From NCBI GenBank assembly GCA_002687935.1, contig NZBN01000006.1:4144-68143 (forward strand): a DNA stretch of 64,000 nt. Reading direction: 5' to 3'. Positions 53,278 through 61,860 of this stretch are shown here, one piece after another. The stretch comes from Methanobacteriota archaeon (lineage in GTDB: Archaea > Undinarchaeota > Undinarchaeia > Undinarchaeales > Undinarchaeaceae). The first letter of the stretch is position 1. Every line of letters begins with the position of its first letter. Below the pieces are notes generated by a model. It worked only from the letters and a program-made list of their open reading frames with translations. It had not been told where the DNA came from and did no database searches. The translations under genes were made by a program, and so were the position numbers.

Positions 53278-55766
53278 TAATTAATTTGTCCTCCTTTCTC
53301 ATCCAATTCACTCATATCCATTCCAACCAACTGGGAGGTTCCTCCGTCAGTCATTGAAACACCAAATAATCTGTCTGCTTTCTTTATGACTGCATTATTA
53401 TGACTAACCAGAAGCACCTGAGAGTCCTTCATAATATCTGTCAGAAGATTTATGAATCTCATGGAGTTATTTTGGTCAAGAGCGGCATCAACTTCATCCA
53501 GAACATAGAAATGTGCAGGTTTGTATCTCTGTAGGGCGAAGATGAAAGCCAAGGCAGTTACAACCTTTTCTCCGCCGCTAAGAAGTTCTAAACCTGTGAT
53601 TTTTTTCCCTGCAGGACTTGCCTTTATATTCAGTCCTCCGGAAAGCGGGTCCTCCCCATTTTCAAGATAAAGTACTCCTTCTCCATTTACAGAGAGTCTC
53701 GGGAAAATTGCACTGAATTCCTCAGAGACTTTGTCGAAAACTTCCATAAAGACTCCTTTCTTCTTTAACTCAATTTCTTCTATAAATTCAAGAACCACAT
53801 TCCGTTCTTCCTGGAGTTTTGTAAATCGCTCATTGAAAGATTCAAAATCCGCAAAAGACACTTTATAGAGCTCTATGGCTTTCATATTAACAGGCTCTAT
53901 TTTTTCCATCTGCCTTTTTATTGCAGAAAGACTCCTTTCCATCTTATCAGCATCTATCTCCTGCATTTCCCTCCCCTCAAATTTCTGCATACTTATCTGC
54001 AAATCAGTAAGCCCTGCATCAACTCTGGCCTTTTCTATCCTCAAATCCCCAATGGACCTACGAATATTATCTCTCCGGGAAGAAAACTCATCCCGTTTAA
54101 GCTTAAGGCCGTTTATATTTTCCTGGAGTTTCTCCCTCTCTTTCTGGAAACCTTCAAAATCCTGTCCAAGTTGTTCAGACTGAACTTTCTTATGTTTCAG
54201 TTCTTTCTCATTTTCTGAAGTTTGAAGCTGTATTTCACCAATCTCGTCCAATAATTTATCCCTACTTTTTACATATTCATCTATTTCTGAGCTTGCTGTT
54301 TTTCGCCTTCTCTTAAATCCACCAGTTATTGCTCCGCTTTTCTCTGCAACATCTCCGTCGAGCGAAACCATTCTAAGCTTTCCAACAAGACCACGCACTT
54401 CCTTTAATCCACTAACAATGTAGGTATTTCCAAGAACATAACTGAAAACATTGCTGTAGCGTTCGTCAAAACTTACGAGCTTTCTTGCAGGACCAACTAT
54501 CCCATTCCCACTTCTTGGTTCTGGCCTGGGTCCCTTCACCTTATTAATCGGAAGGAAGGTGGCTCTTCCCATTTTTTCATCTTTCAGGAACTTGACACAG
54601 CTTATTGCAATGTCTTCATTTTCAACGACAATAAAATTATTCCTACTTCCAAGTGCTGACTCAATAGCGACCGCATATTTCTGGTCTACTGTAAAAAGCG
54701 AACCCACAGTTCCGTGAACTCCGTCTATCTCATCCTTCAGTGTATCACAGAGAGCACTCGTCCTTTCACCACTCATTGACTGGAGTTTTGCTATAAGCCC
54801 GTCAAGATGGGATATTTCTGACTGCTTTGACTCAATCTTATTCTGATTTATTGATATTTGTCCATTAAGATGCTCAATTTCAGTTCGTATATTTACTCTA
54901 TCTTCTCCGCCCTCTGTTATGAGTTTTGAATCTATATCAGAAAGATGAGCCTCCTTACTTTCAAGCTCAGTACTGGCCTTAGAAAATTCAGTCTCTGCTT
55001 CAGATAATTTCCCCTCCTCTCCTCCTAACTTTTCCTTAAATCTAGCCTCTTCCTTCTCAATATTCTTGAGTTTCGTATAAAGAAGATTAGCTTCTGTTTC
55101 AACAAGCTCTTCCTTTAGCTCAAGATAAGTTTCAGCATCTTCCTTCTCAGTTTTCAGACTACTCAAATGCTTCTTACGTTCTCCCATCACAATTATGAGC
55201 TCCTTAACTCGTGATTCCACAACATCAAGATCTTTCAGAGCCTTCAATTTCTTATCATCGTACTCGGATATCCCTGAAATGTCATCCAAAATCTGGCGCC
55301 TCTCCACAGGATCCATATCAATAAAATTCGTAACATCTCCTTGCAAGATTATATTGTGCCCGTCCGGGTCAAAATCGGAGAAGGACAGCAAATCAACAAT
55401 CTCAGTCCTCGTAACTTTCTTCCCGTTTATTCTGTAACTCATCGTCCCTTTCTGAGTCAGTCTTCTGCTGATACAAACTTCATCTTCATCATACGGGAGT
55501 TTCTTCGCTGTATTGTCAAGAATCAGAGAAACTTCAGTTTTTGCAGCTGGCTTCTTCCCCTTCCCTCCATTGAAAATCAACTGGGTAAGTTTTCCAGCTC
55601 TCATAGATTTTGCAGAGGTTTTTCCAAGAACAAAACAAATTGCATCACTAATGTTTGATTTTCCGGATCCATTCGGACCGACTACTGCTGTAAAACCTTT
55701 AGAAAGTGGAATAGACAATCTCTTGTCAAAAGATTTGAAACCCTCAAGCTCAAGTCGTTTTATCAT
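53277..55766 (-). CDS. smc: SMC protein with unusually short coiled-coil arms (829 aa)
   Basis: Head N: GPNGSGKSN. Hinge: about aa 345-500, ending GAITGG. Head C: LSGGEKVVTALAFIFAL and YVLDEVDAALD. Each arm is only about 175-185 aa. Confidence 0.85.
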   Translation of the reverse strand: MIKRLELEGFKSFDKRLSIPLSKGFTAVVGPNGSGKSNISDAICFVLGKTSAKSMRAGKLTQLIFNGGKGKKPAAKTEVSLILDNTAKKLPYDEDEVCISRRLTQKGTMSYRINGKKVTRTEIVDLLSFSDFDPDGHNIILQGDVTNFIDMDPVERRQILDDISGISEYDDKKLKALKDLDVVESRVKELIIVMGERKKHLSSLKTEKEDAETYLELKEELVETEANLLYTKLKNIEKEEARFKEKLGGEEGKLSEAETEFSKASTELESKEAHLSDIDSKLITEGGEDRVNIRTEIEHLNGQISINQNKIESKQSEISHLDGLIAKLQSMSGERTSALCDTLKDEIDGVHGTVGSLFTVDQKYAVAIESALGSRNNFIVVENEDIAISCVKFLKDEKMGRATFLPINKVKGPRPEPRSGNGIVGPARKLVSFDERYSNVFSYVLGNTYIVSGLKEVRGLVGKLRMVSLDGDVAEKSGAITGGFKRRRKTASSEIDEYVKSRDKLLDEIGEIQLQTSENEKELKHKKVQSEQLGQDFEGFQKEREKLQENINGLKLKRDEFSSRRDNIRRSIGDLRIEKARVDAGLTDLQISMQKFEGREMQEIDADKMERSLSAIKRQMEKIEPVNMKAIELYKVSFADFESFNERFTKLQEERNVVLEFIEEIELKKKGVFMEVFDKVSEEFSAIFPRLSVNGEGVLYLENGEDPLSGGLNIKASPAGKKITGLELLSGGEKVVTALAFIFALQRYKPAHFYVLDEVDAALDQNNSMRFINLLTDIMKDSQVLLVSHNNAVIKKADRLFGVSMTDGGTSQLVGMDMSELDEKGGQIN

Positions 55767-55815
55767 TTTAACAAGGAATCAGTAGTTAGTGATGGCTTAA
55801 ATCTCTTATTGGAAG

Positions 55816-57129
55816 CTAAGGTGTGAGCCTTTTCAGGTCTCTCGGAAAGAGAACAGTTTCTCGTACATTTTCCACTCCAGCTATAAGCATTGTAAGCCTG
55901 TCAACACCTATTGCCCAGCCAGCATGGGGCGGCATTCCATATTCGTAGAATTTTATTATATCTGCAAATTCCGCAGGATTAAGATCTTTCGCTTTAAGGT
56001 TTTCTATATATTGCGCCGCTTCGTGAACCCTTCTTCCACCTGAGGATATTTCAACACCCTCCATAAACAAGTCAAATCCATAGGAGATTTTTGGATTGTC
56101 TTCACGGTGCGCTATATAGAATGGTTTCATATCCATAGGATAATCGTGAACAATAACTGGACCCTTAAAATGGTCTGTTATCATCTTTTCATGTTCCCTG
56201 CTAGTATCGTCTCCCCACTTAATTTTTACTCCCTGTTTATCAAGAAACTCTACAGCCTCATCATATGTAATTCTCTTAAATGGAATTTTAGGAATTTTTA
56301 TCTTCTGTCCTAACATCTCAAGCGCTTCCATCTGCTTCTCTGAAACGTCAGAATAAATTCTATTAATTACCCCTTCTAAAATTTCCCAAGTGTCTTCCTC
56401 TGTTGCAAAACCTAGTTCAATATCCATTTGTGTAACTTCGGAAAGATGATGTATGGTGTCTGATGGTTCAGCCCTAAAAACATGCCCAATTTCAAAAACT
56501 CTTTCAAAACAGGCAGTCATCAATTCCTTGTAAAGTTGAGGACTCTGTCTCAAAAAAGCCTCTTTATCATAATAAGATACTGGAAAGAGTGCCGCCCCTC
56601 CTTCTGAAGCCGAGGCAATTATTTTAGGAGATTCAATTTCCATAAGTCCCTGCTCAGTAAAATACTCTCTTGCAGATTCAAGAATCTGATTTCTTATTTT
56701 GAAAACAGCAACACTCTTCGGCTTCCTCAGGTCAAGAACTCTTGAATTCAGCCTAGTGTCAAGATCTGAAGGAGTTTTTTCAGTTATCTCAAGAGGAAGT
56801 GGGGTCTTTGATTTGTTCAAAACAAAAATTTCCTCTGCCAGAACTTCAACTCCCCTGTTCGTTTTCGTGCTCTTCTTTATTTTTCCTTTAATTGCAATTA
56901 CATCCTCTCTGTTCAGTTCCTGCGCAATTTCAAAAGCCTTCTTCGTCTTTGAAAGAAAAGTTACTTGACAGTCTCCACTTCTGTCGGAAAGAACAACAAA
57001 AACCAGATTTCCAAGAAGCCGTATTTCTCTTGCCCAGCCCATAAGCACGGCGTCTTTTCCGTCCATAGCTGGAACTATTTCAGAAGCATAATGCGTCTTT
57101 CTGAGTTTCCCTATATTGTCCAAGTCCAT
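55816..57129 (-). CDS. aspS: aspartyl-tRNA synthetase (archaeal type)
   Basis: 437 aa. N-terminal OB fold. Class II motifs (FRAEPS, GGRRVH, GWAIGVDRL). Confidence 0.95.
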   Translation of the reverse strand: MDLDNIGKLRKTHYASEIVPAMDGKDAVLMGWAREIRLLGNLVFVVLSDRSGDCQVTFLSKTKKAFEIAQELNREDVIAIKGKIKKSTKTNRGVEVLAEEIFVLNKSKTPLPLEITEKTPSDLDTRLNSRVLDLRKPKSVAVFKIRNQILESAREYFTEQGLMEIESPKIIASASEGGAALFPVSYYDKEAFLRQSPQLYKELMTACFERVFEIGHVFRAEPSDTIHHLSEVTQMDIELGFATEEDTWEILEGVINRIYSDVSEKQMEALEMLGQKIKIPKIPFKRITYDEAVEFLDKQGVKIKWGDDTSREHEKMITDHFKGPVIVHDYPMDMKPFYIAHREDNPKISYGFDLFMEGVEISSGGRRVHEAAQYIENLKAKDLNPAEFADIIKFYEYGMPPHAGWAIGVDRLTMLIAGVENVRETVLFPRDLKRLTP

Positions 57130-57395
57130 TAGATATTAAAGAAAAGAACCCAAGTGAAGAGCCAGAAGCTTACAAAGGGATAGAGCGCATTTGCAAGCCA
57201 CCACTTCTTGGTATACTCCACTTCAGGGTAAAGAGTTGGTATAAGCCTTGAGCTGAGTTGCGAAGAAGTCGCCAGTAAAATAATTGCCATAAGGAATGTA
57301 GTCATCCCTCCTCCCATTAAATTAGAAGTAAAACCTGCAATAGTTCCAAGTCCTACATGCACCAATGCCGTTTTCTGCTCTACTCCAAATTTCAT
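57129..57395 (-). CDS. small 3-TM membrane protein
   Basis: 88-aa ORF translationally coupled between rnhB and aspS (ATGA and TAATG-type overlaps). Confidence 0.4.
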   Translation of the reverse strand: MKFGVEQKTALVHVGLGTIAGFTSNLMGGGMTTFLMAIILLATSSQLSSRLIPTLYPEVEYTKKWWLANALYPFVSFWLFTWVLFFNI

Positions 57396-58051
57396 TTGTA
57401 TTCTCCTAAACTTTTCTGTGTCTTAGCTTCCAAGTGTACTGAAACAGTTTTCCAACTGTGCCTAACCCACTCAGGAAAGCTATTATGTTCATTAATCCAG
57501 CGTGTTAAAAACTCTTTCGTTAGAGGGTCACTTGGATAACCACTTCCAAAATCACCTACTTCTTCCTTCAATTCAGAAATAGCCTCCTCTCTCGCTTCTT
57601 TTGCAAGTATTGAAGCGGCACTTACTATAGGATATGTCGAATCTGCCTTATGCTCAATAACAAGCTTCGCTTCAACACTAAGATGCTTTGCAAGTCTTCC
57701 TTGATATTTTAAAGGAGTAGTATCAACTGCATCAATAAAAACAGTGTCTGGCTTGAGATTATTTATTATCTTAGAACTTTTGATTGCCTCGAGTTCGTTG
57801 AGATTTATTCCAACTTCCTTCGAACTGTCAATTTCTGCCGCAGAAACTCTTTCAAGCTGAGAATCCGCCAAAATTTGAGGCAATTTCTCGTGTAATTCCC
57901 CCCTCTGTTTGTGACTCAACAATTTAGAATCTCTAACTCCAATTTCTCTTAATTTTTCTTCGTCCTTCTCATCTATGAGAGCACCGGCAATAATTAAAGG
58001 TCCTATTACAGCACCTCTTCCTGCCTCATCTATCCCCATAATTCTTTTCAT
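57392..58051 (-). CDS. rnhB: ribonuclease HII
   Basis: MKRIMGIDEAGRGAVIGPL starts at the ATG at 58051. DSK and AASILAK blocks. The ORF-track start at 58108 adds 19 unlikely residues. Confidence 0.9.
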   Translation of the reverse strand: MKRIMGIDEAGRGAVIGPLIIAGALIDEKDEEKLREIGVRDSKLLSHKQRGELHEKLPQILADSQLERVSAAEIDSSKEVGINLNELEAIKSSKIINNLKPDTVFIDAVDTTPLKYQGRLAKHLSVEAKLVIEHKADSTYPIVSAASILAKEAREEAISELKEEVGDFGSGYPSDPLTKEFLTRWINEHNSFPEWVRHSWKTVSVHLEAKTQKSLGEYK

Positions 58052-58223
58052 AGAAATACTTCGATGGAATAGTTTAAATATAATAGTAGCCAGGTTCAAA
58101 AGAAGCAAATGCTTTCAGAAACACCTAAATCAAAGCGATAATAGAATTCAACTGGTTTTAAAGTGTTCGCTGGTTTTTCAGACCTTTCCACTCTACTCCG
58201 AGTTTTACTCAAAGGAGGTAAAA

Positions 58224-58391
58224 ATGACAAAATGCATCGAATGTGAAGCAGAAATAAGTCTGCCAGAAGGCCTTGGAAAAGGAAGTGATGTCATCGACTG
58301 CCCAGAGTGTGGAGTCGAGCTTGAAGTAGTCAATGCCGAAAGCGGAGAACTAAGGGTTGCTGAAGTTGAAGGCGAAGACTGGGGACAATAA
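58224..58391 (+). CDS. lysW: LysW-type amino-group carrier protein (55 aa)
   Basis: AGGAGGT lies 5 nt upstream of the ATG. Zinc ribbon CIECEAE...CPECG. Acidic C-terminus ending EGEDWGQ, as in the LysW ...EDWGE tail. Confidence 0.7.
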   Translation: MTKCIECEAEISLPEGLGKGSDVIDCPECGVELEVVNAESGELRVAEVEGEDWGQ

Positions 58392-58487
58392 ATGCTACGT
58401 GTAGGTTTCCTCTACTCCAAGATAAGACCTGATGAAAAACTGCTCCTGAAGAATACATCGAGTGGAAATTTACAGAAATTTTATTGA
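58392..58487 (+). pseudogene. 31-codon remnant of lysX/argX (RimK-type ATP-grasp ligase) N-terminus
   Basis: MLRVGFLYSKIRPDEKLLLK... matches the characteristic LysX start (..ILYDRIRPDE..L). It starts directly after the lysW stop and terminates after 31 codons. Confidence 0.45.
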
Positions 58488-58536
58488 TATTCTAACCAAA
58501 ACCGTTAAATAGACAGTCCATCAGAGACTTTTATCT

Positions 58537-58611
58537 AGCGGGATGGGGCAGCTTGGAGTGCCCGTCGGGCTCATAACCCGGAGGTCGATGGTTCAAATCC
58601 ATCTCCCGCTA
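58537..58611 (+). tRNA. initiator tRNA-Met (anticodon CAT)
   Basis: Starts AGCGGG with an A1:U72 pair. Three G:C pairs (GGG/CCC) close the anticodon stem around the loop CTCATAA. T-arm GATGG-TTCAAAT-CCATC. Confidence 0.9.
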
Positions 58612-58627
58612 CTAAGGTCATACTATT

Positions 58628-59185
58628 ATGCCAGAGAAAATCCAGGTAAAAGTGCCTGATTCGTGGATACATTTTTCTAAAGCAGGAGTCTCAATTCTCA
58701 TTATGCTCCTCCTTGTCAGGCTCGGATTCGGAGTAACCTGGAGCACACTTCTCACCATATTAGCCTATATCGCTGCGGGTATGCTCTCAAGACTCCCTGT
58801 CAGATATGGCGGCTCTCCAGTCGCCGGTATAGAACTTGCTACAACTCTGACAATTATTAGCTCAATACAATACGGTCCAATGGCTGGCTCAATAGTCGGC
58901 GCTTTTTCATACGGCCTTCCTATAATGTATACAAGAGAATCTCCAAGTGATGTTTTTGTCGGAACTCTTGGCTACATTGTAATAGGACTTTTTGCAGGCG
59001 GTCTCTACGGAATGCTCGGAAACCTCGCGATGACAGCTCTTGTGATAGTTATTCTATATGACTTAATTGAAAATCTCATATACCTCACAATAGGCCATTC
59101 ACTAATAGGTTGTATAAAATTCTCAGTAATTCACATACCTTCAGTCTATTTAATAACTAAATATCTCGGCGCAATTCTCCTTTAA
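58628..59185 (+). CDS. polytopic membrane protein, unknown family
   Basis: 185 aa with 5-6 hydrophobic segments. Confidence 0.45.
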   Translation: MPEKIQVKVPDSWIHFSKAGVSILIMLLLVRLGFGVTWSTLLTILAYIAAGMLSRLPVRYGGSPVAGIELATTLTIISSIQYGPMAGSIVGAFSYGLPIMYTRESPSDVFVGTLGYIVIGLFAGGLYGMLGNLAMTALVIVILYDLIENLIYLTIGHSLIGCIKFSVIHIPSVYLITKYLGAILL

Positions 59186-59196
59186 AAAAACTGAGA

Positions 59197-59210
59197 GGGG
59201 CTTTCGCCCC
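59197..59210. terminator. GC hairpin GGGGC-TTTC-GCCCC between convergent genes
   Basis: Read directly. Flanked by an A-run on the plus strand, which is a T-run for the minus-strand MC1 gene. Confidence 0.35.
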
Positions 59211-59220
59211 AACTCCTAAA

Positions 59221-59511
59221 TTATATCTTGTTTATTCTCTCAACTCCAGACTTTCGGACAACCGGTTTCTTAACCTTTGCAGGTAGCCAGCTTGGTCTGT
59301 TTTCTGGTGCGTTAACGACCGTTACTGAGCCCTTGAAACAGTGGACTGAGTAAGTTCCGTCCTTATTTCTGCGTCCCCGTTCTCTTAGCATAATGCTGGA
59401 GTTTCCACGAGTTGCAGCCTTAAGAGCAGCCTGTCTTGGTGAAGAGCCACTGAAAACGTGCTCTGTATCACCACTCTTGTTCCTTAGAACATAGTATTTC
59501 TTTTCTGCCAT
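59221..59511 (-). CDS. chromosomal protein MC1
   Basis: AEKKYYVLRNKSGDTEHVFSGSSPRQAALKAATRG...RERG...NRPSWLP matches the MC1 family pattern. GGAGGTG lies 6 nt upstream of the ATG at 59511. Confidence 0.8.
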   Translation of the reverse strand: MAEKKYYVLRNKSGDTEHVFSGSSPRQAALKAATRGNSSIMLRERGRRNKDGTYSVHCFKGSVTVVNAPENRPSWLPAKVKKPVVRKSGVERINKI

Positions 59512-59647
59512 AATTTCCACCTCCTATGACTTACCGCATGATAGCGGTTTTGAACAAAAACTGTTATGGGCTACCTCTTTATAAGTATATCGATTAGAAA
59601 AAAATCTAAAATGAAACGCAAGATACGGGTTTTCCAGAAAATTTCCC

Positions 59648-59977
59648 CTAATTTTGCAATGAAAGTATTGCCTTTGCTATATCATTCCCAGAGTTCTTAA
59701 GAGCTTCACGAGCTGCATCTTCAGAAACACCAGCCTGCTGAACCACCATTTCAATATCAGAATCGCTAGGTTCTACCTCTCCTTCAGAAACTGTCCCTGA
59801 TATCTGAAAACTGTCCTGACCTTGCATATTCATCTTCGCAACTTGAGGTTCACTAATTATTATCTGACCGCCATCTCGAAGCTTTATGAGAACTTCCTCA
59901 GCGTCAATTTCATCGACGCTCATACCCATTCTCTTCATGGCTTTCTCAAGCTGTTTTGGATTTAGATTTGGAAGCAC
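59648..59977 (-). CDS. nac: nascent polypeptide-associated complex protein (NAC + UBA)
   Basis: 109 aa. The N-terminus NPKQLEKAMKRMGM, the NAC beta-barrel and the C-terminal UBA-like region (AREALKNSGNDIAKAI). Confidence 0.85.
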   Translation of the reverse strand: MLPNLNPKQLEKAMKRMGMSVDEIDAEEVLIKLRDGGQIIISEPQVAKMNMQGQDSFQISGTVSEGEVEPSDSDIEMVVQQAGVSEDAAREALKNSGNDIAKAILSLQN

Positions 59978-61361
59978 TCTTTTTCACCCCTTTCTTCTTT
60001 ACAGCTGATTTTTTCCCAGTCTTTTTATCCTTTACTACAGCTTTTGGTTTTAGTGTTTTTCGTTCTGCCTCAGCTTTTTTAGGAGTCTCAGAAACAGAAC
60101 TTGCGCCTGTTTTCTCCCGGTTCTTCTCGATTATATGCCTCAAAAAGGTATAATCCATCGCAAGGACGCCAGGTTTCTTCTTCAGGAATCTTGGCTTTAT
60201 TGAACCAATTATAAAATTTATCCCCTTATCTGATGCATTTGTTACCATCTTCTGTTCAAGAGGTCCATCTACAAGGATTCCTTGGAACTGACCCTCTGAA
60301 AGATTATTGACAACTTCGTTCAAATCTCCTTTAGGAATACTTCCAACCTTCTTGAATTTTGAGCCTGTTTGCTTCAGAAGAAAAGCGTCTCCACTTCCCC
60401 TAAAGTCATCTGTGACAAGCTTGTTAAGAGCTTCCATTTCAGGACTTATTTCGATCTGAGGTCTTGGTCTGTCCTCTCTCCTTCGGTCTCTGTCACGTCC
60501 CCGCCCATTTCTTCTATCATCCCTTCTTGGTGAACGTTCTTTTCCAAGGAATACATCAAGAGGAACTTGGTTTCTAAGAGCTTTCAGAATTTCTTTCTGT
60601 GTAATTTCTTCTACTTCAGTTCCATTAGGGGCAACTGAGACTGCTGATATATCTACAAGATTCTTCAGAGCCTTCAATATCAAAACTCCTCCACGGTCAC
60701 CGTCCAGGAATGCAGTTATTTTCTTTCCTTTAGTTAGCTCCTTTAGTGACTCAGGAACTTTTGTTCCTCCAGTACTCAAACAATTCCCGATTCCACATTT
60801 TAGAAGGTTTAGAACATCTGCCCTTCCCTCTACAAGAATGATTTCATCTGAGCTCTCTATATCAGGTCCGCCTGCAAGCTTGTCAGGTCCATAATCTCTT
60901 ATTTCACCTGTCTTTATTGCAGTTTGAACCATAGAAGATAATTCCTGTGATTCAGGAACTCCAGCTCCAAGCTTCTCTAGAAGTGTCTTGGCTCTGTCCA
61001 CAACATAGTCTCTCTTTGAAGACCTCACGTCTTCAATAGCTTCAACAGTTATAGTAGAATTACTTGGGCCTATTCTTTCAATTGTTTCAAGACCGGCCGC
61101 TATTAATGCGGTATTTTCTTTACTCAAAGAAGTTGGAATTTCAATTTTTCCTGTTGTTTTGCCGTCTTTAATTTCCAGCTCAACCTCTATTCTCCCAATT
61201 CTTCCGTTCTTTTGAAGTTCGCGAAGGTCAAGGTCTTCTCCGAGCAGACCCTCTGTCTGTCCAAAGACTGCACCGATTACATCAGGACGCTCAACCACTC
61301 CAGTAGTGGAAATTTTAGCGCGAACCATATATTTTATTGCTGCTACTCCGATTTTTGCCAT
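59946..61361 (-). CDS. dnaG: archaeal DnaG primase/exosome-associated TOPRIM protein with R/D-rich insert and Lys-rich tail
   Basis: MAKIGVAAIKYMVRAKI...VFGQTEGLLG N-terminus from the ATG at 61361. TOPRIM motifs ILVEGRADV and LDGDRGG. The ORF track extends to 61481, overlapping the next gene. Confidence 0.85.
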   Translation of the reverse strand: MAKIGVAAIKYMVRAKISTTGVVERPDVIGAVFGQTEGLLGEDLDLRELQKNGRIGRIEVELEIKDGKTTGKIEIPTSLSKENTALIAAGLETIERIGPSNSTITVEAIEDVRSSKRDYVVDRAKTLLEKLGAGVPESQELSSMVQTAIKTGEIRDYGPDKLAGGPDIESSDEIILVEGRADVLNLLKCGIGNCLSTGGTKVPESLKELTKGKKITAFLDGDRGGVLILKALKNLVDISAVSVAPNGTEVEEITQKEILKALRNQVPLDVFLGKERSPRRDDRRNGRGRDRDRRREDRPRPQIEISPEMEALNKLVTDDFRGSGDAFLLKQTGSKFKKVGSIPKGDLNEVVNNLSEGQFQGILVDGPLEQKMVTNASDKGINFIIGSIKPRFLKKKPGVLAMDYTFLRHIIEKNREKTGASSVSETPKKAEAERKTLKPKAVVKDKKTGKKSAVKKKGVKKSASKSKSKTA

Positions 61362-61414
61362 CGTTTTACCTCTTTTTCGGGTAGCGCTCAAGAGAAAAGT
61401 ATTCTGAAGACCTT

Positions 61415-61711
61415 TTAGAGGTCGTTCTCCTGTTCTTTCTGTCGTTTTCCGGGGGAGAAAGTAGATATTACTTCTTCCCACCTTGAGTCTGACTCCAGCA
61501 CCTTTATCTTCGAGGTGCCACCCGATATGATGTGAATGGAAGGCTTCCTTCCAGTTGATTTCCGTATGGTTTTTTTAAGAAACGAAAGGAGTTCCTTGTT
61601 TGCCTTTCCATCTCTCGCTTCTGATTGAACCCACACAGTGAGTTCATGAGATCTGATCACCTCTGCTCTCTGGCTTGGCGACCGCGGCTTTACTTTTACA
61701 GTAAACCTCAT
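61415..61711 (-). CDS. DUF167/YggU-family protein
   Basis: 98 aa. The V.V.P......V.........V.....A..GKAN..L..FL pattern. Confidence 0.65.
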   Translation of the reverse strand: MRFTVKVKPRSPSQRAEVIRSHELTVWVQSEARDGKANKELLSFLKKTIRKSTGRKPSIHIISGGTSKIKVLESDSRWEEVISTFSPGKRQKEQENDL

Positions 61712-61718
61712 GATTAGT

Positions 61719-61800
61719 ACCCAACTCGTTGCTAACTCCCAATTTCATAGACTGGCTAAGGCCGTCCTCCATTGAGTAACCCTCGCAACGAGAATTGGGT
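61719..61800. other. 82-nt rod-like inverted repeat (possible structured RNA or leader)
   Basis: ACCCAA+CTCGTTGC (61719-61732) pairs with GCAACGAG+TTGGGT (61785-61800), giving 14 bp with a 2-nt bulge. The interior can extend the helix (ACTC/GAGT, AAT/ATT, GAC-GGC/GCC-GTC). Confidence 0.3.
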
Positions 61801-61860
61801 ATGAATTAGTCGGATTACTACTATAAATAAGTATTTTTGAGCCTGTTTAAAAATCTAAGC

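Noticed and set aside
61362-61481. 40-codon N-terminal extension of the ORF-track DnaG
   Set aside because: It overlaps the DUF167 gene end. The conserved archaeal DnaG N-terminus starts at MAKIGVAAIKYMV (ATG at 61361).
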